A DNA stretch of 40,080 nt from a virus. Taxonomy: Duplodnaviria > Caudoviricetes. Made by a program: the position numbers and the translations under genes. The notes beneath the pieces are model-generated. The model saw nothing but the letters and a program-made list of their open reading frames with translations, did no database searches and was not told where the DNA came from. The stretch spans positions 1 through 40,080 of IMG/VR virus record IMGVR_UViG_3300019781_000026; one strand, given 5' to 3'. How positions within the stretch are numbered: the stretch's first letter is position 1; each line of letters begins with the position of its first letter. Positions 25,100 through 34,163 of the stretch are shown piece after piece.

Positions 25100-25957
25100 T
25101 TATATCCCAATCATTCTGCCTATTGGTTTTTGACCGGGGTAGATTACTACTGTTGTTTTCCTTTTCGGTATAAGTTCACCGTTGTTGTCTCGTTTATTTA
25201 CATACACGGCCTGGCACCGGCAATTAATCGTACTTGCTGCACTTGCTTTCGGGTCTCCGGGGAACTGTAACCTATCACCATTGCGAACGTCTGTAAATTC
25301 GTCCCCGCTGTCAATCGTTACACCGTTTAGTTCAATGTGGTTTGCGTGTTCGCTTGGCTTCGCCCCCCTTGTTCGGTTATCCACCACCGATACCCATGTT
25401 TTCTGCTGCTCGTATTCACTTGTACTTTCCTGCGCTGCATTGCCCACATTAGAGGCCCGGTTAACTTCCGTTCTCACTATCCTTGCAGCCTGGTATCTTT
25501 CAAAAGGCCAATTCTCTAATTCGTTTATCATACCATCAATACCCAATCCTTCAACCGTGCCTTTTGTAAGTGCTTTCATTAAGGCATCTCTTGTTGTACG
25601 GCTTACTTCAAAAGTTATTTTCTCAATCAAAAATCTGCTTAAATAATCTAAAATAAATCGTGTCCATTCCAAATTAAATCCGAACCCTTTTTTAACGTCT
25701 ATCTGCAAACGCCGGTATGTTAATTGGGCGTGTTTAAGCCCCACCGTTTTATATAGGGTACGGATTATATCATGGAGTTTTTCATTGGAAACATCTACTG
25801 ATAAATTAGTGAATGCCTGGTTATAGCCGCCTTCTTTTAAATCATTAATAACCGCCTGCACTTTAAAGTGTAAAGCCTTACGAACTTTTGGTAAGTAAAG
25901 CAATTCAAATTTCCGGTTAACCCGAACGTACTGCGCTATTAATTCACTTCGTTTCAT
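25100..25957 (-). CDS. Minor head protein (Mu gpF/SPP1 gp7 family; start revised to 25957)
   Basis: ARIVRTEV, KTW....D.RTR...H, FPGDP and INCRC motifs. Confidence 0.9.
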   Translation of the reverse strand: MKRSELIAQYVRVNRKFELLYLPKVRKALHFKVQAVINDLKEGGYNQAFTNLSVDVSNEKLHDIIRTLYKTVGLKHAQLTYRRLQIDVKKGFGFNLEWTRFILDYLSRFLIEKITFEVSRTTRDALMKALTKGTVEGLGIDGMINELENWPFERYQAARIVRTEVNRASNVGNAAQESTSEYEQQKTWVSVVDNRTRGAKPSEHANHIELNGVTIDSGDEFTDVRNGDRLQFPGDPKASAASTINCRCQAVYVNKRDNNGELIPKRKTTVVIYPGQKPIGRMIGI

Positions 25958-26102
25958 AATATCTTTTTGCCCGTTCAAATCTCAATGCTTCCCGTTTCGC
26001 CCGTACTATCGTACAAGTTTTCTCTTTTGGTATAAAAGGGTAATCAATCATTACCTTCTCTTTTATATCCGGCCTGTCTCTATAAATCTTCTTCGGGGTC
26101 AT
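25944..26102 (-). CDS. 52-aa basic protein MTPKKIYRDRPDIKEKVMIDYPFIPKEKTC...
   Basis: Fills the portal-gpF gap and overlaps both neighbours. Confidence 0.5.
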   Translation of the reverse strand: MTPKKIYRDRPDIKEKVMIDYPFIPKEKTCTIVRAKREALRFERAKRYYETK

Positions 26103-27480
26103 TGTTCAATGTGTTATCTACTTCGTTTAATTGAAAGTCCTCAAAAGATTCTCCCATCTGTGCCGTAACTCTTGGCTGATCGTAATACGGGTCATCAATT
26201 TTTTCAAGCCCCAATAATTCAAGAACCCTATTTAATGGCAACCCCCTATCCATTAGCGGGGTTAACCATTGTACCATATCTTTTACATCGTCCTGAATTT
26301 CGCTGTACACGGTCATATCAAAATCAATCACAAACTTTTTATCCAACCCCCACTCACTAACCGCTTTTCTTGTTAGGCTATCCCGCTTCCGGGTTAATCT
26401 TGGCATACAGGCCCTCAACGTTAACGACTTCTCAGCTTCAGCGAAATTGTTATAGGCTTTCTGGTCGTCATTCAATAACTGTGAAGGAACGCCAAACGGG
26501 TTACACAACATTCTTAAGCCCCACTTTTGGGCTTCTATTATTTGCATTTCTTCGCTACTCAGTCCAATAGGCAGCCAACCCATATCATAGCCTCCGATAC
26601 CTATACGGGAGCGGTTTGAAGTCCCGGCCCACTCAGTAGTCATCGTACCTTTCAGCCTACTAACTTCTTCAAACAATAACTCACCGTCCACACTTCCAGG
26701 CGTACCTTTCAAGTGCAATACACCCTTCACCCCTTCGTTTTCAAAACCCGCTGTTTGTGCATCTACCCCGCTATTGCTATTCTGCATCCTTTTTAAAGAT
26801 GCCTTTAGCGGTGACACCCCGTACAAGTTATTACCGTTCACTTGCCAGTCAGGATTCCATGTTTTTTCGTGCAAAATATCTTTAGCCAAATATTCTATTG
26901 TCGGCCATATATTAACGTTATATTTTTCAACTGTTGAAGGGAATGTATCTGTCGCAAATATATTTACATATTGCGCCGGGAGTAAGTTCAACTCTTGCGG
27001 CAGCCCACTATTAGCACCTTTATCTAACATAGTAGCGTAAGTGTAATTGTTACCCATTAGACACTCATAACCGATACCGTTAGCAACAAATTCGTTAAAC
27101 GTTTCAGTCCTATTTGGGTATTTCAATAAGTCGGCCCACTTGCCAGGGTTACCGGCCAATCTTAACGCCTTACGTTGGTAAGCGGCAGCCATTGCGTAAT
27201 CCTTAGCACCCCATGAAGATTTTCGCTGCATCCCTTGTAAGCACTTGTAAGCCGTTTCATCAACGACCTCATAAATTCCCCACGGCGCAACGCGGCACTT
27301 ATCCATTATAAGATTTACAATACTGTAAATAATATCGTTGATATTGTAGCCCTTCGTTAAATAGGTAGTGAGGTTGTCTGTGTAGGATATAAGCCTGCCG
27401 TTTATTAGCTGGTATTGAAACCCGTTATTAGCGGGAATGCTGGATGCTTTACTTTCCAGGCGGCGGCTTAATAGGCTCAT
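26080..27480 (-). CDS. Portal protein, HK97 family
   Basis: PN...T..EF, GNNY, YGVSPL and FGVPSQLL motifs. Confidence 0.95.
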   Translation of the reverse strand: MSLLSRRLESKASSIPANNGFQYQLINGRLISYTDNLTTYLTKGYNINDIIYSIVNLIMDKCRVAPWGIYEVVDETAYKCLQGMQRKSSWGAKDYAMAAAYQRKALRLAGNPGKWADLLKYPNRTETFNEFVANGIGYECLMGNNYTYATMLDKGANSGLPQELNLLPAQYVNIFATDTFPSTVEKYNVNIWPTIEYLAKDILHEKTWNPDWQVNGNNLYGVSPLKASLKRMQNSNSGVDAQTAGFENEGVKGVLHLKGTPGSVDGELLFEEVSRLKGTMTTEWAGTSNRSRIGIGGYDMGWLPIGLSSEEMQIIEAQKWGLRMLCNPFGVPSQLLNDDQKAYNNFAEAEKSLTLRACMPRLTRKRDSLTRKAVSEWGLDKKFVIDFDMTVYSEIQDDVKDMVQWLTPLMDRGLPLNRVLELLGLEKIDDPYYDQPRVTAQMGESFEDFQLNEVDNTLNNDPEEDL

Positions 27481-27613
27481 TTATATATTTTTCTACTGCT
27501 AAGGTAAGTATTTCTATTGATTTATGAATTACACCCCAAATTTGCGCCACTAAATCAGCCGCCCACTCTAACAGTAACAGGGGTATGTAAACGATGTAGA
27601 GGAGTTTTTTCAT
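27449..27613 (-). CDS. 54-aa hydrophobic protein MKKLLYIVYIPLLLLEWAADLVAQIWG...
   Basis: ATG overlaps the TerL TGA; the ORF fills the TerL-portal gap. Confidence 0.5.
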   Translation of the reverse strand: MKKLLYIVYIPLLLLEWAADLVAQIWGVIHKSIEILTLAVEKYINEPIKPPPGK

Positions 27614-28968
27614 ACGCTTGTCGCTGTCATTACAAATTTAGGTTTTAATTCGAACCACATTCGCATTAATATCGCATCCCAAAAGTCAGGACTTCGCCCG
27701 ATAGCTTCTTTAATCTTATCTTTTGGCATTAACCCTTTCTTCATATCGCTATCCAAAAGTTTCTGCTTCACCTGTTCAAACTCCTCAATAATCAAAGGCT
27801 GCATCCAATCTTCACACTCCAAATATAAACCATTTGTATTAATTATTTCAGCCATCCTAAAACCACATTGACTTTTGATGTTGTCAAAATTTTCAACAAC
27901 CGGCTTCCCATTTGCATCTAACGGTTTCTTCGGATCAGCCATTGGCCGGGCATTATTGGTAAATCCTTTAAACCCTCCGAAGTCCTCAACTCCGGAACCC
28001 ATGCCATCGCTATCAACCAGCACATCTGACTTGCCGCATCCCATTCGATGCCGGGCCGCCTCAATATTAGTAGTCGATACCGTTAGTTTCTCTTTTGAAT
28101 AAGCCTGCACTTTACCCCTCATCCCGTTCCACTCTATTATCACAATCCTATCACCACCTAACCGGGCTATGTCAGCGGTGATACACTTACGCCCTTCCGG
28201 TACATGATTGTTTGTGAATACATCAACCGCCTTTTCGTAATCAATTAAACAGGCGGGATCCGTATCAGTTTCCCACTCACCATGCAGCAACCTTTTTTTC
28301 TCATTCGTGTTTAATACCCGCTCCAAATTTTCCAGGTAGCCATCGGGTAGCCGCTTATTATCCTTTGGGAGGGCTTGCACAAATTTCTTCCATACATCTA
28401 AGGTTCCTGACTTATATGGTTTATAGTAATCCCGATATAAATAATTTTTAGAAGGGTTACAAGTTTGTAACAATTTAGGGTGCAACCCGTAAACATCATT
28501 TTTCCAACGGCCTATACTTGCCGATAGATTATTTTTAGCCGCCTCAACTAATTCCCCAGCTTCCTCTATAAAACCCCGTGTCATCTGCATTGAACCGAAA
28601 CGATAGTAATCAGGGTCGCTTGGGGCGTAATCAGCATCGAGTAAATAAATACGGGACTTGTTGTTTAACTCAAAATAATTATCCTGCCCGTTGTACTTCC
28701 AATAAGCTGATGTAATCTTCCAATGTGCGAACACTTCATGTATGGAAGGGATAGTAAACTTACGGATATTAGTAAGCGATTTTCTGGCAATGAAGTAGGA
28801 CGTTTCCGGGTAAATAAAAGCGTCCCCGAAAATAAGGGACACCCCTAAGTAAGACTTACCACTACCTTTTGACCCACCGTAAACAATGTCGGACGTTTCT
28901 TTATCTAACCAATACCGGGCAACCTCTTTCTGCTTTTCATTGCCATATGTGTTGAAGGTTAATTTCAT
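27610..28968 (-). CDS. terL: Terminase large subunit
   Basis: Walker A GGSKGSGKS, Walker B FIEEA, TCNP coupling motif, nuclease ADIA...D and SPDFWDA. Confidence 0.95.
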   Translation of the reverse strand: MKLTFNTYGNEKQKEVARYWLDKETSDIVYGGSKGSGKSYLGVSLIFGDAFIYPETSYFIARKSLTNIRKFTIPSIHEVFAHWKITSAYWKYNGQDNYFELNNKSRIYLLDADYAPSDPDYYRFGSMQMTRGFIEEAGELVEAAKNNLSASIGRWKNDVYGLHPKLLQTCNPSKNYLYRDYYKPYKSGTLDVWKKFVQALPKDNKRLPDGYLENLERVLNTNEKKRLLHGEWETDTDPACLIDYEKAVDVFTNNHVPEGRKCITADIARLGGDRIVIIEWNGMRGKVQAYSKEKLTVSTTNIEAARHRMGCGKSDVLVDSDGMGSGVEDFGGFKGFTNNARPMADPKKPLDANGKPVVENFDNIKSQCGFRMAEIINTNGLYLECEDWMQPLIIEEFEQVKQKLLDSDMKKGLMPKDKIKEAIGRSPDFWDAILMRMWFELKPKFVMTATSV

Positions 28969-29585
28969 TCGTAGATCGAAGGTACCGGGTAAAGTGCCTC
29001 AAAGTTAATAAACTTCGCCGTGTGTTCATTCGTGCTGAAAAACGGGCCGCTTGCAACTTGCCCTTTCTGCCTGATTTTACAGTCGGGCAATTTAACACCA
29101 CCACCGATAAAATTACCGTACAAGGATTTACTTAAGTATTCTTTATTAAACCAATCTACATCATTCGACTCCCGGTATTTCTCCCGGTTAATAACCATTG
29201 GTGTATGTATATCGTAAAACAATCCATCCGGGTAAACATTCATAGTATTGTTACGCCTTACGTTATACTTACCAAATACTTTTGCATCCAATAAAAAGCA
29301 GTTATAATAATTCGGCAATGTTTCGTCAAAATCTTCCCTGGCAAAAATATCGTCATTAGTATATAGAAAATCTTCGTAAGGCGACCGGCTTATTTTAGTC
29401 ATTATATTAAACTCCTTCCGGGGGGTATCTTCCATTGGTATAAATTCCCCTTTGTACCAAAATGGCTTTTCACCAATAAGGCAAACGCCTGATAATGGTT
29501 TGAAGTGCTTAACCAGCGACCTGATTGCATAACGCAACTCTAAACCGTTGTTAATGCAGTTACGGTATGGTATGACCGCTTTTAT
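28965..29585 (-). CDS. Stealth-family hexose-1-phosphate transferase-like protein (5' end lacks ATG)
   Basis: ELRYAIRS, FLYTNDDIF, HTPM and FFSTN...YPVPSIYE resemble Stealth CR2-CR4. The frame extends upstream of TTG 29537 as IKAVIPYRNC. Confidence 0.7.
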   Translation of the reverse strand: MKAVIPYRNCINNGLELRYAIRSLVKHFKPLSGVCLIGEKPFWYKGEFIPMEDTPRKEFNIMTKISRSPYEDFLYTNDDIFAREDFDETLPNYYNCFLLDAKVFGKYNVRRNNTMNVYPDGLFYDIHTPMVINREKYRESNDVDWFNKEYLSKSLYGNFIGGGVKLPDCKIRQKGQVASGPFFSTNEHTAKFINFEALYPVPSIYE

Positions 29586-30427
29586 TTTAAAAATTCTTTA
29601 TACCGTTCTATTAACTTCCCGTTGCTATGTGCCTCATAAATTGGGCATAACGTATCTGCAAAGTCTCTAATTATATTATCAATAGTATTATTTTCAACCC
29701 GTATCGTTTCAGGTAAGTGCCGGAACATTTCACTATCACTTACACCAATAGGACGTTTAACAGACAAAGCGTAATCAATAGCTGAGGATAACCCCCTGCC
29801 ATGTGATTGCCGGTATAAAAATAAATTTATAGTATTCGCTGCCAAAAAATCTAACAAATCTGATTGACTTAAATAATCATGGTTAATCTCAACCTCAATA
29901 CTGCTGCCTTTTAAGATAGCCCTCACCTTGTCAGCCTCCCGTCTTGCTAAGTATCCGTCCCTGTCACCGTACTCAGCGAAAGGTATATTTAATTTAATAG
30001 TAGCAGATTTATATTGCGCTTTCACTATTTCGGCTATCCGGGGGAAGTTTTTATCAGGGAACCCAAAACCAAAACTACCCACCGTAAAATTGTTTGACGG
30101 GGTAACATTATCGCAATTAAATAATGGTCTTATACTGGTATCAATTATTTTGTCAGGCGTAAACTGCATAGCAGCTTCATGAAAAATAGCGTAATGTTTT
30201 ATACTTCTATCAATAACCCCGTCAGTAACAAAGCCTAATGTAGCGTAATGGTAATTGTATAAAACTATGTCGGGTCTTGAGATGGCAACCGCCTGCAAAT
30301 AATCAACTTCATTATTTACCTCTGACAATTCAATATCGAAATGAGGTTTAAGTATGTTGAATAATCTTAAACCATAGTCAGCAACCCCGCATTGTTTAGC
30401 CTTACGGCTTATCATTAATATTTTCAT
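29582..30427 (-). CDS. GT-B (GT4-like) glycosyltransferase
   Basis: CGVADY, SFGFGFPDKNF and GLSSAIDYALSVKRPIGVS motifs. Confidence 0.75.
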   Translation of the reverse strand: MKILMISRKAKQCGVADYGLRLFNILKPHFDIELSEVNNEVDYLQAVAISRPDIVLYNYHYATLGFVTDGVIDRSIKHYAIFHEAAMQFTPDKIIDTSIRPLFNCDNVTPSNNFTVGSFGFGFPDKNFPRIAEIVKAQYKSATIKLNIPFAEYGDRDGYLARREADKVRAILKGSSIEVEINHDYLSQSDLLDFLAANTINLFLYRQSHGRGLSSAIDYALSVKRPIGVSDSEMFRHLPETIRVENNTIDNIIRDFADTLCPIYEAHSNGKLIERYKEFLK

Positions 30428-30908
30428 ACCAATCTTCGTAAATTAACCCAAAATAATTTGGGTCTAAACATTTAACGTCTTTATGCGATCTATTAAATCC
30501 CTTTGTAGTAAGGTACTCATAAATTCTTTGCTGCCGGTCACTTCCCTCCAAATATTGGTTGTGTTCAATAGTGATAAACCGTACATGGCTCCTTTCAAAA
30601 TTAAACTCTTTTATTACTTGTTCTTCTTCACCATCAACATCAATAGATAAGTAGTCAATAACCTTTGGCATCCCTGGAATAACAATTCCCCTACCCGCAT
30701 ACATTTTTAATGTAGCACATTGTCTATTTAATTTCAATTTTTCAAACGCCCCGCCCGGTTCAACACATACACCCTCCCAGCCTGCTGTTTCTAAGGCGTA
30801 TGTATTGCTGCTTTCAATCCCATCATGCGCACCAATATCTACAAAAAAACCATTAGGCCCGAATCTGTTTAATACATATTCATCCTGCCCGGCCTGACTA
30901 TAAAACAT
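30402..30908 (-). CDS. FkbM-family SAM-dependent methyltransferase (start revised to 30908)
   Basis: YSQAGQD, FFVDIGAHDG..SNT, VEP, IDYLSIDVDG and ITIEH motifs. Confidence 0.85.
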   Translation of the reverse strand: MFYSQAGQDEYVLNRFGPNGFFVDIGAHDGIESSNTYALETAGWEGVCVEPGGAFEKLKLNRQCATLKMYAGRGIVIPGMPKVIDYLSIDVDGEEEQVIKEFNFERSHVRFITIEHNQYLEGSDRQQRIYEYLTTKGFNRSHKDVKCLDPNYFGLIYEDWYENINDKP

Positions 30909-31506
30909 AACTAAACTTTTTAAATATTTTTTCTTCTCCAATATAAGCCTTCGCATCCACCTGGTTTAATACTCCTATTCGTGGGACATCTAAGGCATGA
31001 GCAATAGCAAGAGGTAATGATTGCTCCCCTGCAAAGTGATTACAGGATGCAATAATTGTAAATAATTCAGATAGCGACACGAAGCTATTACCTATGTCCT
31101 CGCCTTCTACTTCCGGCCACCTTCCGGCTCTTGCAGGGTGTAAGCTAAAATGTGCAACGTTACGGCTCGATCCTTTTGGCCACTTCATCCATGCTATTCC
31201 GTTAATAGGGACATTAAACATCTTTGAAAGTAATACTGTCCAATTATCACTATACGCCTTACTTCGCCACATATTTAGATTTATTGCATCTTCACCGTTA
31301 TACACTTGAACACTATTAGCGTAATCTTGGAATAATAACACAGGCCTTAATTCTTCTACCGTTTTATCAATATCGTAAATAAACCCGTCTGAATGTAAAT
31401 CCCGGCGATCTGTTATATATAAATCATGTTTACCTGGTGTATTAGCCACCACATACATCATGTGAATTAAATCACCCATCCGACCACCTAAAATAAATTT
31501 AGCCAT
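30898..31506 (-). CDS. GT9-like (heptosyltransferase-like) glycosyltransferase
   Basis: GRMGDLI N-terminal motif; F.G.QS.PLAIAHALDVP C-terminal motif. Confidence 0.65.
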   Translation of the reverse strand: MAKFILGGRMGDLIHMMYVVANTPGKHDLYITDRRDLHSDGFIYDIDKTVEELRPVLLFQDYANSVQVYNGEDAINLNMWRSKAYSDNWTVLLSKMFNVPINGIAWMKWPKGSSRNVAHFSLHPARAGRWPEVEGEDIGNSFVSLSELFTIIASCNHFAGEQSLPLAIAHALDVPRIGVLNQVDAKAYIGEEKIFKKFSYVL

Positions 31507-32836
31507 AAGATTTACCTTGCATAGTTGACTTATAATCAGGATTGCTTACCCAGCCATCCGCAAACTCATTCGTATTTGGGAAGTAAGGAGTATAATCATA
31601 CACCGGGAAATTATATTGATGCCACCCATAACCGATAAACCCCTCCGCTTCGTGCCTATGTGTTAAAGCTGGTTTTGGCCACGTCCGCATTAATTCGCAA
31701 TGTGTCCAAAAAAAAGTACCAGCAAACATAAAGTTACCCACTTTGTGTTCTGGCATTGCACCTATAATCGGTTGAATCCAATGGCAACCTACTGCCCCGT
31801 GTGTTTTTAATTTCTCAACACAATCAGACCAATTAATAACGTTCCAATAAATCATAGACCTTCTCCAACGAATGTTAACCGGGGAAGAATTACTCGACCC
31901 CTTACTGTGAGCATAAAGAATTAACCCATCGTTTAATTTAGAGAACTCCCACATAGGTATCTGTGTCACTTGTTCCCAACCGTTATCGGCTTCAGCTATG
32001 ATATTAAAAAAGATACCTTGCTCAACTAAAAACTGCTTTACCGCTTTTCTATTTCTTATACTACCTACAAGTCCAATGTTAAAAGTAGTAAGGTTGTCAA
32101 TCAATCCTTTTCTTAAGGCGGCTATATGTTCAGTAACGGCATCTCTCCAGTTACCATCGGCAAATACATGATAGAAATGGTGCATTATTATTTCTTTTTG
32201 TTCTTGTTTAAATACGCTTATATGTTCACTCCCCCTTTCCAATCTTTTACCATAACCAGTATCCCATAACGGAGAAACGTTTATTGCCGATACTTGTACG
32301 CATTGCTTCCCCATCTTTAAAACTTGACGGGTTAACGTATGGCCGCCTCCCCTATGTTCAAACCATAACCCTTGCTCCCTGGTCATCACCGGATCACTTG
32401 GGAATTTTATATTAAGTGAACACTCTTTAGTGATGCAATACGCAACGGTCCTAACGTGGGTAGCTACTGCCTGTGAAATTTGCATGGCTGCAATTCCCAC
32501 ATCTGTTTGCATAGCATTTAAGAAAGGGGTAATAAAATCTTTTTGCATTGGGAAAACATCATCTGTAATCCAAAGTAAGCACTCCCAGTCGTTAGGGAAA
32601 TTTTCAAGTCGTTCTTTGAATACGTCTTGAACTGCTCCTATGTCCCGGCCTATGTTGTGACGTGGAATATATTTAACGCCGGGAACGTTACATATTTCTT
32701 TGCATAGTTCTTTTTCTTCGCCGGTATGTATTATGTGTAAATCAATCCCGTGTTGTTCGCATTGCTGCCAGCAGTATAGCCACCTTTTAAGGTTGCTGTA
32801 TCTGTTATAGACTATAACGGCAACGGCTACTTTCAT
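31499..32836 (-). CDS. Two-domain glycosyltransferase (GT-A/RgpF-like N domain plus second GT-like domain)
   Basis: VIVYNR, NIGRDIGA and TDD in the N half; ILYAHSKG, WRR.M and GTFFW in the C half. Confidence 0.7.
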   Translation of the reverse strand: MKVAVAVIVYNRYSNLKRWLYCWQQCEQHGIDLHIIHTGEEKELCKEICNVPGVKYIPRHNIGRDIGAVQDVFKERLENFPNDWECLLWITDDVFPMQKDFITPFLNAMQTDVGIAAMQISQAVATHVRTVAYCITKECSLNIKFPSDPVMTREQGLWFEHRGGGHTLTRQVLKMGKQCVQVSAINVSPLWDTGYGKRLERGSEHISVFKQEQKEIIMHHFYHVFADGNWRDAVTEHIAALRKGLIDNLTTFNIGLVGSIRNRKAVKQFLVEQGIFFNIIAEADNGWEQVTQIPMWEFSKLNDGLILYAHSKGSSNSSPVNIRWRRSMIYWNVINWSDCVEKLKTHGAVGCHWIQPIIGAMPEHKVGNFMFAGTFFWTHCELMRTWPKPALTHRHEAEGFIGYGWHQYNFPVYDYTPYFPNTNEFADGWVSNPDYKSTMQGKSYG

Positions 32837-33087
32837 TTCTTCTTAGTGGTGTCTATTTGCGGACGGACCTGATTGATTATATCCGTCTGCAATGGTACTA
32901 TCACACTATCCTGAATGTACTTAACTTGCCGGGAAGGGAGGTCTGAATTAATCAGTACGTTGTTGATATACTGCATACCGTTTAAATGTTTCTGCCATTG
33001 CTCTAAGGTGAGTTTGACGGTTAACGGTTTCAAGTCAACAAACGCAAAGAACGGGATTAGTAGTAAGAGGGGGAGGAGTTTTTTCAT
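32833..33087 (-). CDS. Small secreted/periplasmic protein
   Basis: MKKLLPLLLLIPFFA signal-like N-terminus; DSV and DTT sequons. Confidence 0.65.
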   Translation of the reverse strand: MKKLLPLLLLIPFFAFVDLKPLTVKLTLEQWQKHLNGMQYINNVLINSDLPSRQVKYIQDSVIVPLQTDIINQVRPQIDTTKKK

Positions 33088-33287
33088 AATGTTTTAAATT
33101 TATTCCATAAAGAAATCATATAGTTTGCAAGTTCTTCTCTTTCTTCCGGTGTCATTTCTTGTGAATCAATGCCTCTATCATAGCCCTCATAAATATCGCC
33201 ATTGGGGTTAATGCCGATTATTTCATTATTGGCATTAATACGTCTGCCTGTTGTTTCAAACAATAAACCATCTTCTGTTATTTTCAT
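33084..33287 (-). CDS. Hypothetical protein
   Basis: 67 aa, ATGA-coupled. Confidence 0.65.
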   Translation of the reverse strand: MKITEDGLLFETTGRRINANNEIIGINPNGDIYEGYDRGIDSQEMTPEEREELANYMISLWNKFKTL

Positions 33288-33529
33288 TTAAGTATGTTTT
33301 TTATAATACGAGGTATTTTAAAGTAATCATAATGAAAAAGAATAGTTTGAAGGTTATCTATAAAATCATACCCGTCATTCCCAATAGTTATTACGGGGTT
33401 CATTACTCTTTTAGAATCCAGTAAAAACGCTTCTTTTATTTCCAAAAATGTATGCTTCACAATATGTGTTAGAAGTGGAACGTCTTGAGTAGACTCATAA
33501 TTTATTTTAATGTAAGATTTCCCTTTCAT
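33284..33529 (-). CDS. Hypothetical protein
   Basis: 81 aa, ATGA-coupled. Confidence 0.6.
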   Translation of the reverse strand: MKGKSYIKINYESTQDVPLLTHIVKHTFLEIKEAFLLDSKRVMNPVITIGNDGYDFIDNLQTILFHYDYFKIPRIIKNILK

Positions 33530-33783
33530 TCTATTACATATTTTAAATATTCTAACTGAAAATTGTTTTGCTCACACGGTGCAAACCATTGGCTTTTCTG
33601 CACCTTAAAAGTATCTAACCATCTGCCGTATAAGTAAGCCCGGTTGCTTGTATCGCTTCGCAGTAACACCGTGTCCCTTGTGTACTTATGGCTTACTATA
33701 TAAGTATGGTTCCCTGGTTCCTGCACATAGTCTTTAGTGCAGGCGGCGAATAGTAGTATTAGGAGTAAATATCTCATATCCAA
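33526..33783 (-). CDS. Small lipoprotein
   Basis: MRYLLLILLFAAC lipoprotein signal. Confidence 0.7.
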   Translation of the reverse strand: MDMRYLLLILLFAACTKDYVQEPGNHTYIVSHKYTRDTVLLRSDTSNRAYLYGRWLDTFKVQKSQWFAPCEQNNFQLEYLKYVIE

Positions 33784-33980
33784 ACTTTTTTACCCCACCC
33801 ATAAACAAATGTACGACCTGACTTCAAAGAGGTGTAAGTTGCTAACTTTTTTTTATGGTCAAGTTTATTTAACTCATACCGTACATTACCGGTTAGTGAT
33901 AAATAGAAATTTTGCATATCTGGTAAGTCCTTCAACTTTCGGAGAGTTAAAACCCCGCAATGAGTGCTTTTATTTGACAT
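33774..33980 (-). CDS. Hypothetical protein (start revised to ATG 33980)
   Basis: The ATG follows the leader terminator; contains MQNFYLSLTG, similar to the orphan NLYFALT motif at 5342. Confidence 0.6.
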   Translation of the reverse strand: MSNKSTHCGVLTLRKLKDLPDMQNFYLSLTGNVRYELNKLDHKKKLATYTSLKSGRTFVYGWGKKVWI

Positions 33981-34070
33981 AAAATAAAAATCCCCTATCG
34001 ACCGGAATCTCAAGGGGAAATTAATTTGAACGAATCCAAATCGTTTTACATTCCGGCGTATAACGATCTG
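33981..34070 (-). promoter_or_regulatory. Structured leader RNA: hairpin plus terminator with complementary loops
   Basis: CAGATCGTT.TAC[GCCGGAAT]GTA.AACGATTTG, then TCCCCT..[GATTCCGG]..AGGGGA-TTTTTATTTT. Confidence 0.65.
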
Positions 34071-34079
34071 TTTGAAATG

Positions 34080-34112
34080 CTAAGATAGTAATTAAATTGA
34101 AAACCCGGTAAA
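34080..34112 (-). promoter_or_regulatory. Bacteroidota-type promoter heading the glycan/structural/lysis gene run
   Basis: TTTA-N21-TATCTTAG; the -7 box TATCTTAGCA is identical to that of the erf promoter. Confidence 0.6.
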
Positions 34113-34127
34113 TAAAAATAAACCGGG
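34100..34127 (-). terminator. Terminator-like hairpin after terS
   Basis: CCCGGT-N12-ACCGGG followed by TTTT on the minus strand. Confidence 0.45.
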
Positions 34128-34163
34128 GAAAATGTAAACCTGTTATATGAGAACATTCAAATC

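Noticed and set aside
27499-27530. Promoter-like TACCTTAG box upstream of the portal gene
   Set aside because: There is no convincing -33 box and it lies inside a plausible small CDS; it cannot be supported without TSS data.
33981-34013. TTG-started N-terminal extension of ORF 33774-34013
   Set aside because: The extension coincides with the leader terminator hairpin; ATG 33980 after the AT-rich tract is the better start.
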